A stretch of DNA of 63,930 nucleotides, counting the filler, from Sluysia triapertura (taxonomy: Eukaryota): assembly GCA_046118255.1 (NCBI GenBank). It is 5 parts of 5 records of this genome, joined end to end, with 100 filler letters (N's around TTAATTAATTAA, not from the genome) between each part and the next. Parts side by side here need not be neighbours in the genome. Positions count along the whole stretch, not along the records: positions 25,252 to 39,618 come from JBJNIA010262284.1; positions 39,719 to 51,389 come from JBJNIA010181804.1; 3 more parts are not named here. The stretch is one strand, 5' to 3'. The notes beneath the pieces are model-generated. The model had not been told where the DNA came from. It saw nothing but the letters and a program-made list of their open reading frames with translations, and ran no database searches. The position numbers and the translations under genes are program-made. Below, in pieces: positions 25,630 to 40,230 of the stretch (position 1 is its first letter; every line of letters starts with the position of its first letter).

Positions 25630-26959
25630 TTAATGGTTGGTTAATTTCTTTGTACACCAATGGCTGTCAAATAAAATTTTGTATTTTTCATTTTGTGTGT
25701 CTATTCTGGCTGCTAAAATCATCCAATTATCATTTACTAAAAATTTTATTGTGTTGACTAATTAATTTTGCTCGTTACGAATAATCATGTGTTCACTAAT
25801 TCTGCGTCTGAATTTTTTAGTGCATACACATGTCTGTCAGATGTATTAGTTATTTCAAAACCTGCTATGTATACAAAACATTGGGTGACATTGATTTTCC
25901 AGTAGATGATTAACAATTTATTACATCATGTACTTTAAAGTACATTTGATTATGCATAAGTGGAGTAATAATAATAATAATATTAACTTTAATGATGAGT
26001 AATAACATAATAATAAAAGAAGATAATAATAAGAGTGATAATAATATACTTAATAGTAGTAAGAATAATAAAAGGTTATAATAATAATGATTATAAGATG
26101 TCAATAATAGGAATTAGTAGGTGAAATTACATAAATCTTTGATATCTCCTTAACTACACGATCTTGCTTTAATCTTTTTAGCTTTTCTTACATATAAATG
26201 GAAAAGGGAAATGAAAAGAGATATTTGTACTGTGAAGGAACAACGGCAATTGAATGAAAGGTGTCTTGTTTGGTTGTTGCTTCACAGTATGATTATAAAT
26301 TGCTTTAGAGTAGTTGGAGACGTCATTGGAAGCTGTGTAATGTTTATGTTTAAATGAAATGAAGAGTGTTGAACATAATTTGTTGACATTGATTAATGTT
26401 TTGTAATTTGAAAAGAAGGTCTATGCATTAGATTTGGAGTGTTTATTTGAAAGGTTGAAGTTAAATTGATTTTATAAAGGTTATTGCGAAATAATTTTGT
26501 ATAAGTTGTAGTGTTATTGAAATGGTTGTAGGTGATGGGTATGATTGTGTGAAATGGATTTTGAATGTTATTATTGCTTATTGTTTTAGGTGTGATGATC
26601 TTTGTTTCTGGAATGGTTAACAATGACGCTTGGATATTGTTGTCTCCGTGATTTATGAAATTTGTGTTGTGGTTCTGATTTAATTTAACGGAGTGTTTGA
26701 TGAATGGATGTTATGAATTGTTTGGAGTGAATGTAATGATTTATTAGTTGTGAATGTTTGAGAAAGTATTTAATGAGTGCGTGCCTTGAGTTGTTGACGT
26801 GAATGTGAGAGTTTAATGGGTTGGAATGTTAAGATATGGATTGATTTATTGTTATATGTAGTTGTGAAGTGTGAGTTGGAAAAGTGTTATGGTTGTGCGT
26901 GTTGTTTTATGTGATGAGTTTTGTTTTATTTTTTTTAAGTTAAGGGGTTGGCCACTACA
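25630..26959 (-). mobile_element. LTR-like promoter module, copy B
   Basis: Minus-strand start TGTAGTGGCCAACC; TTACATAAATCTT at 26127; degenerate (TAA)n 25965-26095; CCAATGGCTGTCAAAT at 25657; body 26400-26570 aligns by eye with copy D 45700-45870. Confidence 0.6.
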
Positions 26960-28095
26960 GTTTATTAAAATTAAAACAAATTTTGTATTAATTAAGAATG
27001 AATTGGTTATCATCTATGATCTTATTAAAATTTACATATAAATAAAAATAAATATTTAAAATAAATAAATCGATGAAATTATTTGCGCTTTTAATGTAGG
27101 TATATTTTTTAATAACGGGAATTTATAGCACTAATTTAACATCGAGATAATATTAGAAGTAGGATTTAATTCATTAATATTTAAGTAACTTGATAATGGG
27201 GAATTAATATTGTAAATATTGAAGAAATCTGTTAATGATGAATTAATTTTAAGGTTAGAATGAAAGTTAAAGAAAGCTGGTAATGATGGATTAATTTTGA
27301 CGTAAGGACTGAGTGATATATAAGTGATTGTGATTATGTAGAAGTGAACTGAAGAACATATGATAGTGCAACATCTTTATTTCTACAAATAACTTTAGAG
27401 GTTAAATTTATATGAATAAAGCTTGATAGCTGTCTTTATCATCATGTACTTTCAATAAAGGGTCTCATGTTAGATAATAGAACGGCCATCGTACTTTTCG
27501 TAGTATTGTCGAAAATTTAAATTTTATCTTAGATTTAAAATAATTTAAACTCGAATCGAACATAAAATCATTTATTTTAAGATCCAATAATTATACTTAT
27601 ATATAAAATAAGGTAAACAAAACATGAGACATTTGTATCGCAAAAATAAAAATTACAAAATTCATCTGCTTTTAACTTGCACGAAATTAATCTCAATAGT
27701 TCTGAAAATTCTTTCTCGATAAAACATATCTTTCCGGAATTCACCACATCACTTTCATTTAATAAGGATGGTAAAACTTATGTATTAAACTTTAAATTAT
27801 ATATTATTTATAAACTGTTTGGGGTATTGTGATTAACTTTATATTTAATTATTTGAATTATATTAATTGATTTATTTAATATTTTTAAGAAAATATGAAA
27901 ATAACGCACGACACATGTTACAGAAAAGGATTGTAGAACTACTAAAAATTTGTTTAATAACATATAAATTGAATAATAACAAATGTTTGTTTACGTTTGA
28001 AAAGGCTACGATCCATACCTTACTTAGTTTTCTAAAAAAAGATACAAAAATATAATCATTATCATCATCAAATACTAATTGTAAGATAAAATAGT

Positions 28096-28662
28096 TTACC
28101 TTAAAAAACTTTCGTTATTATAGAAGGGTCGTAGTATATCGTCAACTCCATGTACGTATGTACAGCGTGCTCCGTTTTTGATACGTTGACCAGTATACGA
28201 TGTACCACACAAACATTGTCCCGTTTTGTTGTAAAATAAATGATTAAGATGTACCATATCTTCAGTATTCGGATGAACATACTGGAAATCTATTTTATTG
28301 GGACAAGATTCCGTGTTTTCATAATATGAAGTACAACAAATGTCAGGTTTGTAATTAGATGTATTATCAACACGAATTTTTGATTTCGTTATAAATTTTA
28401 ATTCATTAGAAATCATATTCAAGAATTGGTTAACTCGATCATATGACTTAATTCGATCAATTTTTGAATTAGAATGAGACTCATTTATACTACAATCAAC
28501 ATCATCTAAATTTGTGTATTTTATCTCTTGATAAATATCTGACTTGATTTCTTGGACTAAATCATTTGTTTTTAACAAGAAACATTCATCATTATCTAAA
28601 TCTCCTTTAACATCATAAATTTTTATTTCATCTTCTAAGAATTTGTTTATCATAAACGACAT
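28096..28662 (-). CDS. Tandem CCCH (TIS11-like) zinc-finger protein, degenerate (cargo of module C)
   Basis: NYKPDICCTSYYENTESCPNKIDFQYVHP and FYNKTGQC...KNGARCTYVHGVDDILRP; donor at 28099, candidate intron 28032-28099. Confidence 0.65.
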   Translation of the reverse strand: MSFMINKFLEDEIKIYDVKGDLDNDECFLLKTNDLVQEIKSDIYQEIKYTNLDDVDCSINESHSNSKIDRIKSYDRVNQFLNMISNELKFITKSKIRVDNTSNYKPDICCTSYYENTESCPNKIDFQYVHPNTEDMVHLNHLFYNKTGQCLCGTSYTGQRIKNGARCTYVHGVDDILRPFYNNESFLR

Positions 28663-28797
28663 TAAGATGTATTAAAATTAAATTTTAAAAATTTTCAATT
28701 TACTAAAGTAATTGTATTTTATTTTGTGTGTTGCCTAAATTAGTTATACATTGCTTTATTTAGCAATTTAGTTGAGTTGGCAATGAAAAAGGTTATG

Positions 28798-29019
28798 GTT
28801 GGTTGACCAATAACAGAGCCCAGCTCAAAAACAATAAATTCTTGTCGCTTATTTTAATAATGATCACACCATATTTTAATAATGAAAACTGTCAACCGAT
28901 GACATTATAAACTACATAATTGAAATTCTGTCTAAGCGGACAACCAATATAATTAAATAATTAAATAAATCGAATGATGATAATGATAATGAAAAATGAT
29001 AATAAATAATGTAATAACG

Positions 29020-29059
<40 letters not shown>

Positions 29060-29522
29060 TGAAAGTAATAAATAATAAAATGAAAATAAAACAAAATGAA
29101 AATCTTTGCATAAATTTATTTCTGTTCTAACATATTTCTTTTCTGTAAAAATCTGTAAAAATCTGTAAAAATGTTTCTTTCTTAAAAATTTGTTCTTCGT
29201 CCTCTATCCTTATTCATTGTTTGATTTCGAAGAGAAAGTATATTCTTTATAATTCTTCGTTCTTTTAATATTTCTATTGCTTAACAGATCTTTTATAGTT
29301 ATTGCATAACGTTGAAATAGTTCAGTTTGAAGGTGATGTATTTGATATCCCTGTTGTGAATTGATTGTTGAAGGAAAAGTAGATGTGGTAAAATAAAAAT
29401 GTAAAAAGAAATTAAAGAAATTCCATTTACAACACTATTTATGGTTTTAATGTTGTATAATATGTGAACTTTAGTGTGTTGTGATGTATTTACAATTTTG
29501 AATGATAAAGTTGGCCACCACA
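28798..29522 (-). mobile_element. LTR-like promoter module, copy C
   Basis: Minus-strand start TGTGGTGGCCAAC; TGCATAAATTTATT at 29107; (TAA)n; TGTCA-ACCGA-TGACA 28890-28904; GTTGG-TTGA-CCAAT; body aligns with copy F. Confidence 0.65.
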
Positions 29523-32274
29523 AACTGTTTAAACATGAACACTTTATTAAAATGAATACTTTTAACTTTAAATTATACATTAAACCTAAACAACACTTTA
29601 GTTACAGTTACTTTCGAATCCATTTATTTTCACATAATTATTGATTAATTTGAAATTGTTCCGAAACATCAGTTGAATCGACCAATGAAACTGGTTGTTG
29701 AGAAGTGCAGAAAGAGTACTTAAGAAATTTTACATACAATGACATAAGTTTGGATCGTTCATTAACGGTTCAATCAACTTTTGCTGATATTAATTGTAGG
29801 TTTACGGAATGTGAATCCTTTCTATATGAAAATGATGCATCATTTCTTGAAATGACGTAATATTTCTTGAAATATAACTTCTTGCGTAATCATCTTTTCA
29901 AGCACAATATTTCTCAATAATTCTACTTGATTGTCTCTTTCTGCATTCTTTCAAGCTATCTTTAAAGTAGTGTATTTAATTCTTCATTCCTTTCATTCAT
30001 TTTTGAAAACAGCAACATGAAAGCATTAGGTGCATCAAAAGAAATATATTCATCAGAATTCATTAAACGAAAATCAAACTAATTTCAACAAAAACAAAAA
30101 TAATTGAACATAATATTTTACGCACGAAGATAATAAATAGCTAATGACGTAAAAGGTCATTATATAAACCAAATAAACTTCTTTTAATAATAAATTATAT
30201 TTTAACAAAATTCCATAAGTTTCTTTCTTATAATGACTTTAAATCTTTGTTTCATAATAGATATTAACGCAAAAAAAGTAATAAGAATTTTAAATATTCA
30301 TTGTTACTTAATAAAATGAATAAAAAGAATCTGAATATGTATTTTATTTTAATTGTTACTGCTGACAAAGTAGTAATAATGATAGTAGAAAAAGATGAAA
30401 TATTTATCTTGAATGAATACTTTATAAGGTGTATGAAGAGTTTGCAAAGACAGAAGGTGCCAGTTGATGAATAATGTCAAATATGTGCATGAATGACTAA
30501 GCACAACACTGTCGTCGATTCTTTCTGATAAAAAACTCAAATATATAATTAGTTAGGAATTCCATTCATAGTTAAATTATTTCCCGCGTCATTCATCACT
30601 CAAATTTGTTGTATGGCAAATTTTTTAACCTTTATTAAAAAATAAGGTAATAATCATAATATTTAGTAGTAAATTCTTCTAAAGCACGAATGAAAAAATG
30701 TTACATATATAACAATCAATTGTTTTACCTTTCGAAACTCCCATTTATCACTTATAAGAACGAATATGTTTAATGCTCATTTAATTTAAAATTAACTTAT
30801 TTGTGATACCATGATTATTTACAACCATTAAGGATGTTAAAAATCGTTATCAAGTTCTTCGAACATTTGGAATAAATTTTGATCCGATTTAATCATTGTC
30901 ACTATATTAAACCCTGAAATACACTTATTGGTACGGTCGTGAAGCCTTTGAACATTTTTTATTTCCACAATCATGTAATCAGGTCTTTTTACTTGTTTTT
31001 AAAAATCATTTCTACATTTTGGAAAAGAACTAGATGAGCTTCTAATTTTATTAAATTCTAGATCTTTAAATATGTTATAACTCATTTTAAAACCAAAGCA
31101 TAATGTAAGTTCGTGCAACATACTACCACTTCGATTTGGTCTTCATTTATTTCCATTTATTTAGCTATTTAAAAAAACATTTACGGCACCATCAATTTAA
31201 AAAAATCCATGAGATAAATGTATATATTGCAATGCGACAAAGCACGTAAAGAAAAAAAATTAAAATTTAATTATAATTATTTATAAAAAAAGATTTTCAA
31301 GTCAATTGATTCATTGCCAAAAAGTTTAGGTTTGTTCAAAGAAGACGTTACGGTTTAAAGCAGCTTTTGAATCGTTATGAAATGAATTACCGAAATGAAA
31401 ATAGACACAATGAACTAATGCAATGAAAAAACTCATTAAAATATTACATTTGACAAATAGCAAAAATTTTTTAGATTACTTCATATAATGTACATGAATT
31501 ATGAACATGTTAAATATGTCATGCCAATTCCATTTTTGTAGAAATTACTTGTTTCTTTGTTTATTTTGTATTCATGTATTATTTTGACCTTAAACATTTA
31601 AATAAGCAAGTTGAATTACTTATCACTAAATTAATTATGCACAATATAGAAAATATTTAAGTGTATTTCACAATCATCATGTAGTTATTAATATTACTAC
31701 ATTAATACATTTCTTAAAATCAACTTATTTAATGGTGAATATTTAAACAAAATTTTATGTAATATTACATTATAATTAGGATTATAATTACATTATTTTA
31801 GGGTTCCTAAATTATGACCGATTATTATTATTGAATTATTAAAAGTTCGATGGAATTAAAGCCGGAATCTAAACATTTAACAAAAACTTTATAACGCTTA
31901 AAGTACATAAAAACTTCCGTTTTAAAGTATATAAAAAATTCGTTTGCATGAAGCGTGTTAAAGAAGAAGAGAAGATAATTAAACCCAAAACACAATAAAA
32001 ATAGCAATTCAACTTTATGTTAAAAAACACTGAACGATAAAAACAACTACTGACTCCTTTTTCTTTTACCAATATTTGCATTTTATCCTTTAATGATTCA
32101 TTTGTATTACACAAATCGCCAATATTTCTACATTTGAAACTTTATTCAGTACGAGGTTCAGATGACGAAAGACAGTTATGATCATCACAGCTCTAATCAT
32201 ATAGTGATGATCAACGGCGATAATTAGTAGGTTTATGTTACGGCAATTATTATTATCAGCATTAATGCAATCAC

Positions 32275-32493
32275 CTTATTTTAACACATAACGTGTCATA
32301 TTCAAATGTGAATGACGGTAACTTTGCATATCTGACCGCGTCATTCATTTATGCATGACAATAAAAAATACACCTAAAGTTAATAAAAATATAAGAGAAA
32401 TTAATTAAATCATACATTCTACAAATAAACATATCACGTGACAATTTTGTCATGTCACCGAACATTGCCTGGTACATAATGTGTTAAAATAAG
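32275..32493. mobile_element. MITE-like element
   Basis: TIR CTTATTTTAACACAT / ATGTGTTAAAATAAG. Confidence 0.5.
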
Positions 32494-35400
32494 TATTAGG
32501 CCATTCTGGAGTTGAAATAATTTCATTTCATAACTACTACTTCATAAATTTTAAAAATAAACATGACTTGGATTTTGAAAGCCTTTTAATAAATTATTAA
32601 TGTAAGATCTTGTGTTCTTCTCACAAACCAATCCCATTATTTATATCTAAGTTCTTAATTAAATATTTTATTAGGCATTCCTAGGCATATTTAAGTTGCT
32701 TCGTTTCGGTTTTGTATAAAAACCTTTCAATGAAATTAAATTATATAAAGAATGATAAAGTATAATAAGGATTAACGCAATCAATGTGAAGAATATGGGT
32801 ATTAAATTATTAGAATAAAAAATTATTAAGAAACTAAAATCAAAAAGCTAAAATTAGTAAATAAATTATAAAAGTTTAAAATATTTATATTAAATTATTT
32901 AAAAAATTTCAACTATTTAAAAACGGAAAAAGAAATCAATTGCATGTAGATTTGAATATTTATGAATTCTTAATTATTTTTGAAGACGGAAAACAGAAAG
33001 GAAGCTGCTACCAATATATTAAAATTATTAAATATATTAAATACCAATATATTAAATTTTGAATTAAAATTAAAATTTTTGGCCGTATTTTTTAGTTATT
33101 AAAATTTCAAAATCGAATTTAATTAAAAGTGTTTTGTAAATGTAAATTTTGTATAATGAACTTTTGTAATTTGTAAATTAATTAATATTAAATTATTTTA
33201 TTGAAAATGTAAATTATTATTATTAAATTATTTTACTTTTGAAATAATATTGAATTATTTCAATAATAATATAAATTATTTTTATTAGAAAATTATTAAT
33301 ATTAAAATATGAGGATAGTATTATTATTAAATAATTTTAATTTATCATTATAGTTTATTGTTCTAAAAATAAATATCGAAATATTATAAATAGTAAGTGA
33401 AGTTTGATTTTAAATTATTAAATTTGAAGTCTACTTTAAGTTTATTGCGAGTTATCGTCAAACTTTGGAAATAAGCTTTCGATTTATTTCAAATTTTTGA
33501 TTTATTATTCAAAATTTGAATCAACGATTTATTAAATTGAAAAAATTGAGTAAGTCCAGTATCATAGAGAACTCACCTAAAGTATACAAAAAAATTAATA
33601 AATAATAAAATAAAATAGTTTCAGTATAGCATAAGATAATTAACAAAAAGTATTCACATAATATAACTCGAAGAAGTAAACAAAAAAGCTCACATATCAT
33701 AACTAGGAAGAGATTTTTCCACATATTATAACAAGATAATTTTAACAGTTTATTGAAAGTATTTCGGCACAGTATTTCAAACTTTGGTACAAATTCAAAG
33801 ATTAGAAAGCATTTTAATATTAAGCCATTGTGTTTCAGCCTAAATTTGAATAGAGAAAGCACATTTAGATTACGTTAGTTTTAATAATTAAGTACCATAT
33901 CCTTATGAGGTACGTAAAAACCACAACGTTTTTAATTTTTTATTATTAATTATTTATTTAAATAGATCGATTAAAATCTAATTAAAATAAATCACTTCAA
34001 TTAAATTCATAGTAACTTTAATCTTGTAATGTGTCTATATTATTTCTACTAAACTTTTTTAGTTTAAATAATAAACTGAGTAATTAAAAAAACTTTTAAA
34101 TAATTTAACACAAATATTTTAAACTTTTATAATTTATTTATTAATTTTAACTATTTGATTTTAATTTTTTAATAATTTTTTACTTTTATTAATAATTTTT
34201 TATTCTAATAATTTAAGACCTCTACTTTTCACATTGATAACGTCAGTCTTTATCTTTTTTATATCTTACAATATCTTTACTTAAATAAACAATCAACTAT
34301 AGCAACCTTATCTTCGATAATATTAACTGTCCTAATATTATCGTTTTGGTTATTAAATAAAGATTTTATCTCACGCATAAGTACTTTAAAACAACTTCTA
34401 TTTCAACAGTTAATTTCTAAGATCATTTTTTTCATCTATAAACAATGAAATATGTTCAACTTAGGTTTTCTATTTTATTGGAGCAATTATTACAAACATT
34501 ATTAGCATCATCTATTGAACGTTTAAATGAAATTATATCAGCTTTATGATAAATTGTATTTGAATTTCGTCTTAAACCCATTAATGATGATTTCGATACA
34601 TCTTCAGGGAGGCATTGTGCAAATGTAACCACATGAAGTTTTTCATCATTACCATTAACAATGGTTAAATATATTGTGGACACAACTGTTGATAATTTTT
34701 CAAATTTTTGATTTTAATTAAGAATCATTTTGTAATTTATAATTAATTGTGTTATATATATAAAACGTTGAGTGGATTTAAAAAATGAACGTGGAAGTAA
34801 TATTAATTGTAATATCAAAAGACTAAACACCGCTTAAAGATTCAGGTGAATTCAGCCCAAAAACATCAACCCCAAAATAACACGCCACATATTCAAACAC
34901 ACCAACATCTGTCTACAATGATCTACATTAGTAACATACTTTCAACAAAAATATTCATCTTTCTTACTTTTCCATAAACAAATATTGTTCTTTCAAATGC
35001 ACAAATAAAATAAATATTATTCACCCTAATAATTATAATACAGTCATTCAGTGTACGAAACTTTGTTCCTTTTCTCCATATCTATCATGTACCTGAGTGA
35101 CTCATTCGGTCGCTTCCCACAAAATGAAGTATCTTTCTGTGGGCTCTGATAAATCACGAATTATGCGGAATATTACTTGTGACTTAATTTGAAATTTTGT
35201 AGATGTTTCACGTCTTAATGTTAGTGTGGCCTTGTTTTCCTAATTTTTCATAATACTTTCCTTATGCTATTTTGGATTAATTCCCCACTATATAATGAGC
35301 GCACACCTTAAGTGTTAAGAGAATTTAGTAATTAATACACGCTTTAAGCATATAAATAAAATCAATCATTACTTATCATTTTCAGACCTCTAAAAATATT

Positions 35401-37129
35401 AGAAAATTTCTTAAAGATACAGCAATACTAACATTAAATCAAATTAATAGAGTCATTTAAAGATCTCATATCATTAATTATTTAACTCTTTTAACATTAC
35501 TTGCTATGTTTCTGAATTTTTTAATGATCCACTTGTGGTAATATGTAGCTTTTGCATAGGTTTAAGCACTTTTGTTCTTGTTTTGCGTCAGTAAAAATAG
35601 ATTCATTGCTATACGTAAGAATGTGGACAAAATTAAAGAGTTCTTACTTGTAAATAAATGCATTACTGAAAAATGAAATAATAAATCTGGCCGTAACTTA
35701 ATTGTTACAAATTTTGATCGAATGAAACTTCCAAAATGATCTAGAAAAACTAATGTATTTGTGTTATAAAATGAACAAAACTGAAAGATCTAGTTAACCA
35801 ATACACACATTTATTTCATACTGAATAAGCTTGTAGCTAATGATCTTCAAAATGACCTAATTTGCGGTCAAAAAATAATAATATAAATGATAGGATAATA
35901 ATGAAACACATATGACAATAATAAAATCATAACAAATACACAAAATAGTCATAGAAAACAATATGATACAATAGTGGCTATAATATTTGTTTTAATTATA
36001 ATTTGAATTGATATGGCCGAAAGTATTGTAAGAGAATTTGTTGAACTAAAGATAAAGAAATGTCAGAATGAGTAGTCATATGTTAGGATGTTTTAATTTA
36101 TGTTTTATTTTAATTTGTTTTATTTCAACTTATGTTTTATATGTATTTAATTGATAAACTTATTATTTGGATTATATTTAATATTATAAAAGCTAAATTT
36201 AGTAAAAAAATATTTTAGAATATTTTAATTAAATTAAATATATTTTAATCAAAATATTAATTTTGATGTTAATAAATATTTTAAAGTATTCATTAATTTA
36301 ATAAAATATTTTAAAGAAATTAAAGAAATTTGTTTACGAAATCAAAAAATTATTATTATTTAGTGATTTTCAATATGGCTTCCAGAATGGAAATTTAACT
36401 ATTTAATAATTTAACTTATTATTTAGTTAATTTATTAATTTATTACATTAGTTTAATACATACATTATGTACACTACATTCATTCAAATTTAATTCACCT
36501 TTAATTTATGGATCACCATACATTTTATTTAAATTATTGTTTAATGTCTGATTAAACAATTTCGATTATTTTCAAACAATCAATTATTAGAAAGTAATAT
36601 ATTGTGTATTTATAGTATTACAATTAAAATATTAACTTAGAATATTATTTTGCTTTTCAACACTGTATCTCTAATATTTATATAAATGAATGCAATCTTA
36701 CATAATGTATATGATGGTTCAGCCGATCATATTATATTAATAACAGCAATAACAAACATGAAAACTTTATCACAAAAAGATATCACAACACGTTTCGTTT
36801 ATAACATCACATCAAGTACCATACTTTCAATGAAATTATAAAATCATTGTTAAAAATCAATAATACTTCAATCTTTACAATAAACATAACCCCCATTGTT
36901 ATACGTCCACACTTTTTTCCATATTTTATTGTTACAATATGTTTTATTTTGTATATATGTTGTAATAGCTGCACCCGTTCACGCGTTGCTGTTTGATACA
37001 TCAAACAATTTATTAATGATCAAATGTATGTAATACATCAAAACGAAAATTAACAATAAAATTATCCCTACATATATGTCATTTGAAAGTAACGTATGTA
37101 CAAAACACAGATATTCATGGTTAATGTGG

Positions 37130-37322
37130 TTGCATCTAGACCCCAAATCTGATTAAAACAAAAATTTTCAAAAATCTTCCCGGGGATACACCTAATAATT
37201 TCCCAAATTTTCACGGCGATTGGATGTATGGTTTCCGAATCTATCGAGTACAGACAGACAGATAGACAGGCATTCATATATATATATATATATATATATA
37301 AATGCCTATCTGTCTATCTGTA
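37130..37322. mobile_element. Helitron-like non-autonomous 5' ends, head-to-head around (TA)n
   Basis: (CAGA)n microsatellite next to (TA)n with AAATTTTCACGGCGATTGGAT, a layout seen in invertebrate non-autonomous Helitrons; mirrored AATGCCTATCTGTCTATCTGTA on the right. Confidence 0.45.
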
Positions 37323-37323
37323 T

Positions 37324-39060
37324 TAGGGTGGGATGAAAAAGAGAAAATATTGGAATATCATTACGGAACTGCGTATTTATTTGACAAATGACCTCTAAAT
37401 AAGAAACAAAATTTTAAATTGCTTTTGTATTACAGGAAGTGCCCCATTTTTAAATCTGAAAAACTGCATTAACCAGCACTTTCAGCTTGATGCATTCTAT
37501 TATTACCTTATTAATTTTAAGATTTAGTATGTATATTTTGCTTCTAATTTGTGTGCCTGCTGCTTATTGCAAATATAGACTTCCAAGTAACAGCCAGATT
37601 CCATAAGCCTTTACAACGAAAACTAAAGAATCGAGATGTAAAATGTAAAGAAAATTTTCATAGCTGAGAGTAACTTAAATCTTAGAGAAGAACAATCTAG
37701 TAACAGTTGTGCAAGTGATCAAAGTGTTGTAGAGGACAGCGATGACGAGGTATTTCATGATAGTGATGATGTAGCTGAAAGTCAGGTGCGAATACCCCTT
37801 ACAAATTTTACAAAAGAAGAAGACAGAGCTGCAGCATCCCTAGCAACAGTAGTGCTTATCGATGTTGGCTTCATAACCAAGCATAATCAAAGCTTGTGAT
37901 AGACAAGAATAATGTGCATTGTGAGAGGTTGAAGTTAAGAAAGGGTTTGTAATTTGATATGCGACAGTCACCAAAAGTTATCACAATTATTTACATTGAT
38001 GGTAGACGAGACACAACAGAAATGGCAAGTGGTATGGTGACACTACTGTTGAAGATCATTATGTTCCGGTTGAAGAACCAGGTAGTAGCAAAAGTATTGA
38101 TATTGCTACCAATATTGTAACTGTAATTAGAGAGCGAAATACAAGTGATAATATCTTAGCAACAGGCTGTGACAGTACAAATGCAAATGTTGGCAGTGAA
38201 GGTGGAGTAATCCGTCATCTAGAGGTGGCTTTAGGACATCCTCTGAATTGGTTCATATGCTTGCTACACACAAATGAACTACCACTGCGACATCTGTTTA
38301 CAACACTGGCTGGGCCAACATCTGGAGAAACGAGTTTCAGTGGTCCCATTGGGCATGAACATTATCACTGCGAACTGAAACATTAATAATTTTACAAAGA
38401 TTACAAATCAACACAATATGCCTGTGTTAGATATGGATGTGTTAGCTGATCTGTCATGTGACCAGAAATATTTATATGATATTGTAACTGCCATTAGAAC
38501 TTGCGTTTCTGAAAATTTATCACCTAGAAAGCCTGGTCTCCTAAATCACTCACAATAGTTTACTTTTGCCAATAGGGTTTGTCGCCTGTATTTGCTACAG
38601 ATAATCCTTCTGCTAACCTTTGCATCATCACACACTTCAACAGTAACTAACTATGTTGCAAACTGGTTCACCATAAAGTTCAATCCCTCATGCACATATG
38701 GTGCAAGACATGTCTATACAACTCAACTTCTCAAAGAACTTTCCAGTGAAACTGCTGCTATTGTCAAGCCTTACGTTAGTCGCAGTGCATATTTTGCTCA
38801 TTCCGAAAATATTCTTATTGCTATACTGGCTGATTCAGACAAAAGTATTTGTTCAAGAGCAGTTGATATTATACTCCAGCGAAGACTCTATGCATCTACA
38901 GCTGCAATACGTCTGTTTAAAGTTCCACCGATTAATTATGATGCGACAAACTACGCTGATCTTATTAACTGGGACGATATCTAGGAGCCACCACTCACGA
39001 TGAAGCTGACAGATGATGATATTTCTAAATTCAGCAATGAGTCACTCACTTTGAATTACA
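37324..39060 (+). mobile_element. hAT-superfamily (hATm-like) transposon with a frameshifted transposase
   Basis: Starts TAGGGTG; motifs DGRRDTT, GCDSTNANVG, WFICLLHTNELPLRHLF, GPTSG...FSGPIG and AYFAHSENIL; GC above background; right TIR absent. Confidence 0.8.
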
Positions 39061-39618
39061 AGAACTTATAATATGAAATATAAAAACTTTTATATTGAAA
39101 AATAACGATTAATGTAATACAAAGTATAAGTAAATAAGCGTAAACAAATAGTCTAACATTTTAAAGGTTACTACTCATTTCGTTGGTAATACTATTTTTG
39201 TAGAAACATCATTTTACTGTTTAAATCATTTATCAATTTAAATAATTCATTTCGTTGTTTGGCTCCGATTAACGAATTCCAGACTTCGAGTTCCAGAATT
39301 CACAATAGCAATTTGCTGCTCAAAATTTTATTAGACTTTGCTGACTATAAGTCTTGGTTTAATGTATCACTTAAATTCTAACAACATTTAACTTTTGAGT
39401 GGTTTAAAGATATCCTTAAACTAATTTTAATTTTAATTTAAAAAATATTAAGAATACTCTTAAAAGTATATTAATCATTATTTCTTTTAGAACTTTTGTT
39501 GGTTTTTTGGGACTTACATATTACATTTTATCTATAGGGTGCTATAACCGCGTTGGTTTAATCAGTTTTTATTAATGATTAAATGAAAATAAAAAGTTTC
39601 AATAAGTCACCTTAGATG

Positions 39619-39718
39619 NNNNNNNNNNNNNNNNNNNNNNNNNNNNNNNNNNNNNNNNNNNNTTAATTAATTAANNNNNNNNNNNNNNNNNNNNNNNNNN
39701 NNNNNNNNNNNNNNNNNN
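39619..39718. other. Assembly linker/gap
   Basis: N44-TTAATTAATTAA-N44. Confidence 0.99.
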
Positions 39719-40230
39719 AACAATGGTTTGCTGTACTCAATTTCAGATAGAAAAGTGAAAAAATTACAATTAATAATTAATCAAGCAGCAAGACTGATTC
39801 TCCAAGTGGGAAGACGATCTCATGTAACACTTTATCTTAAAGAATTATATTGGTTGCCAATAAAAGCAAGAATAGAATTCAAAATCATGACAATAATTTA
39901 CAAATTCTTACATTATAGAAGTGCTGAATATCTTTTAGAAATAGTGAAAAATTTTGAAACCCAGATGAATATTTCATAGAGACACGATAATCTATAGAGA
40001 ATGCACAGTGACAATAAGCTAAGTGATAGGTTGTATATAGTTTATGTTTCAAAAATATTCAACCAATTACCAGAGAATGTCCAATTACTGAAACATTATG
40101 AAATATTTAAGAAAAAGACAAAGTTCTTTCTGTTTCAGAAATATTATAGTGAATGATTTATTTTTTGAGTACTTACTTTTCCGTTGATATGAGCACAATA
40201 TAATTTAATATATTATATTATTATATTCTA
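39719..40230 (+). mobile_element. L2-clade LINE 3' end
   Basis: KLQLIINQAARLI...HVTLYLKELYWLPIKARIEFKI, then a 3' UTR and (ATT)-rich tail; short related piece at about 48030-48200. Confidence 0.85.

Noticed and set aside
28885-29527. Target-site duplication around module C (and A)
   Set aside because: Only a 3-bp AAC match for C and none for A, so a complete TG...CA solo LTR cannot be claimed
26393-29580. Module bodies as Penelope RT-thumb/GIY-YIG remnants (IPITYNHF..., NQTMNKDRG)
   Set aside because: The peptides are not conserved between aligned copies (B vs D, C vs F), so the bodies are treated as non-coding. A tblastx against PLE proteins would settle it.
29600-31150. Faint IS630-like and hATm C-terminal-like peptides on the minus strand
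   Set aside because: Too degenerate to call without a search
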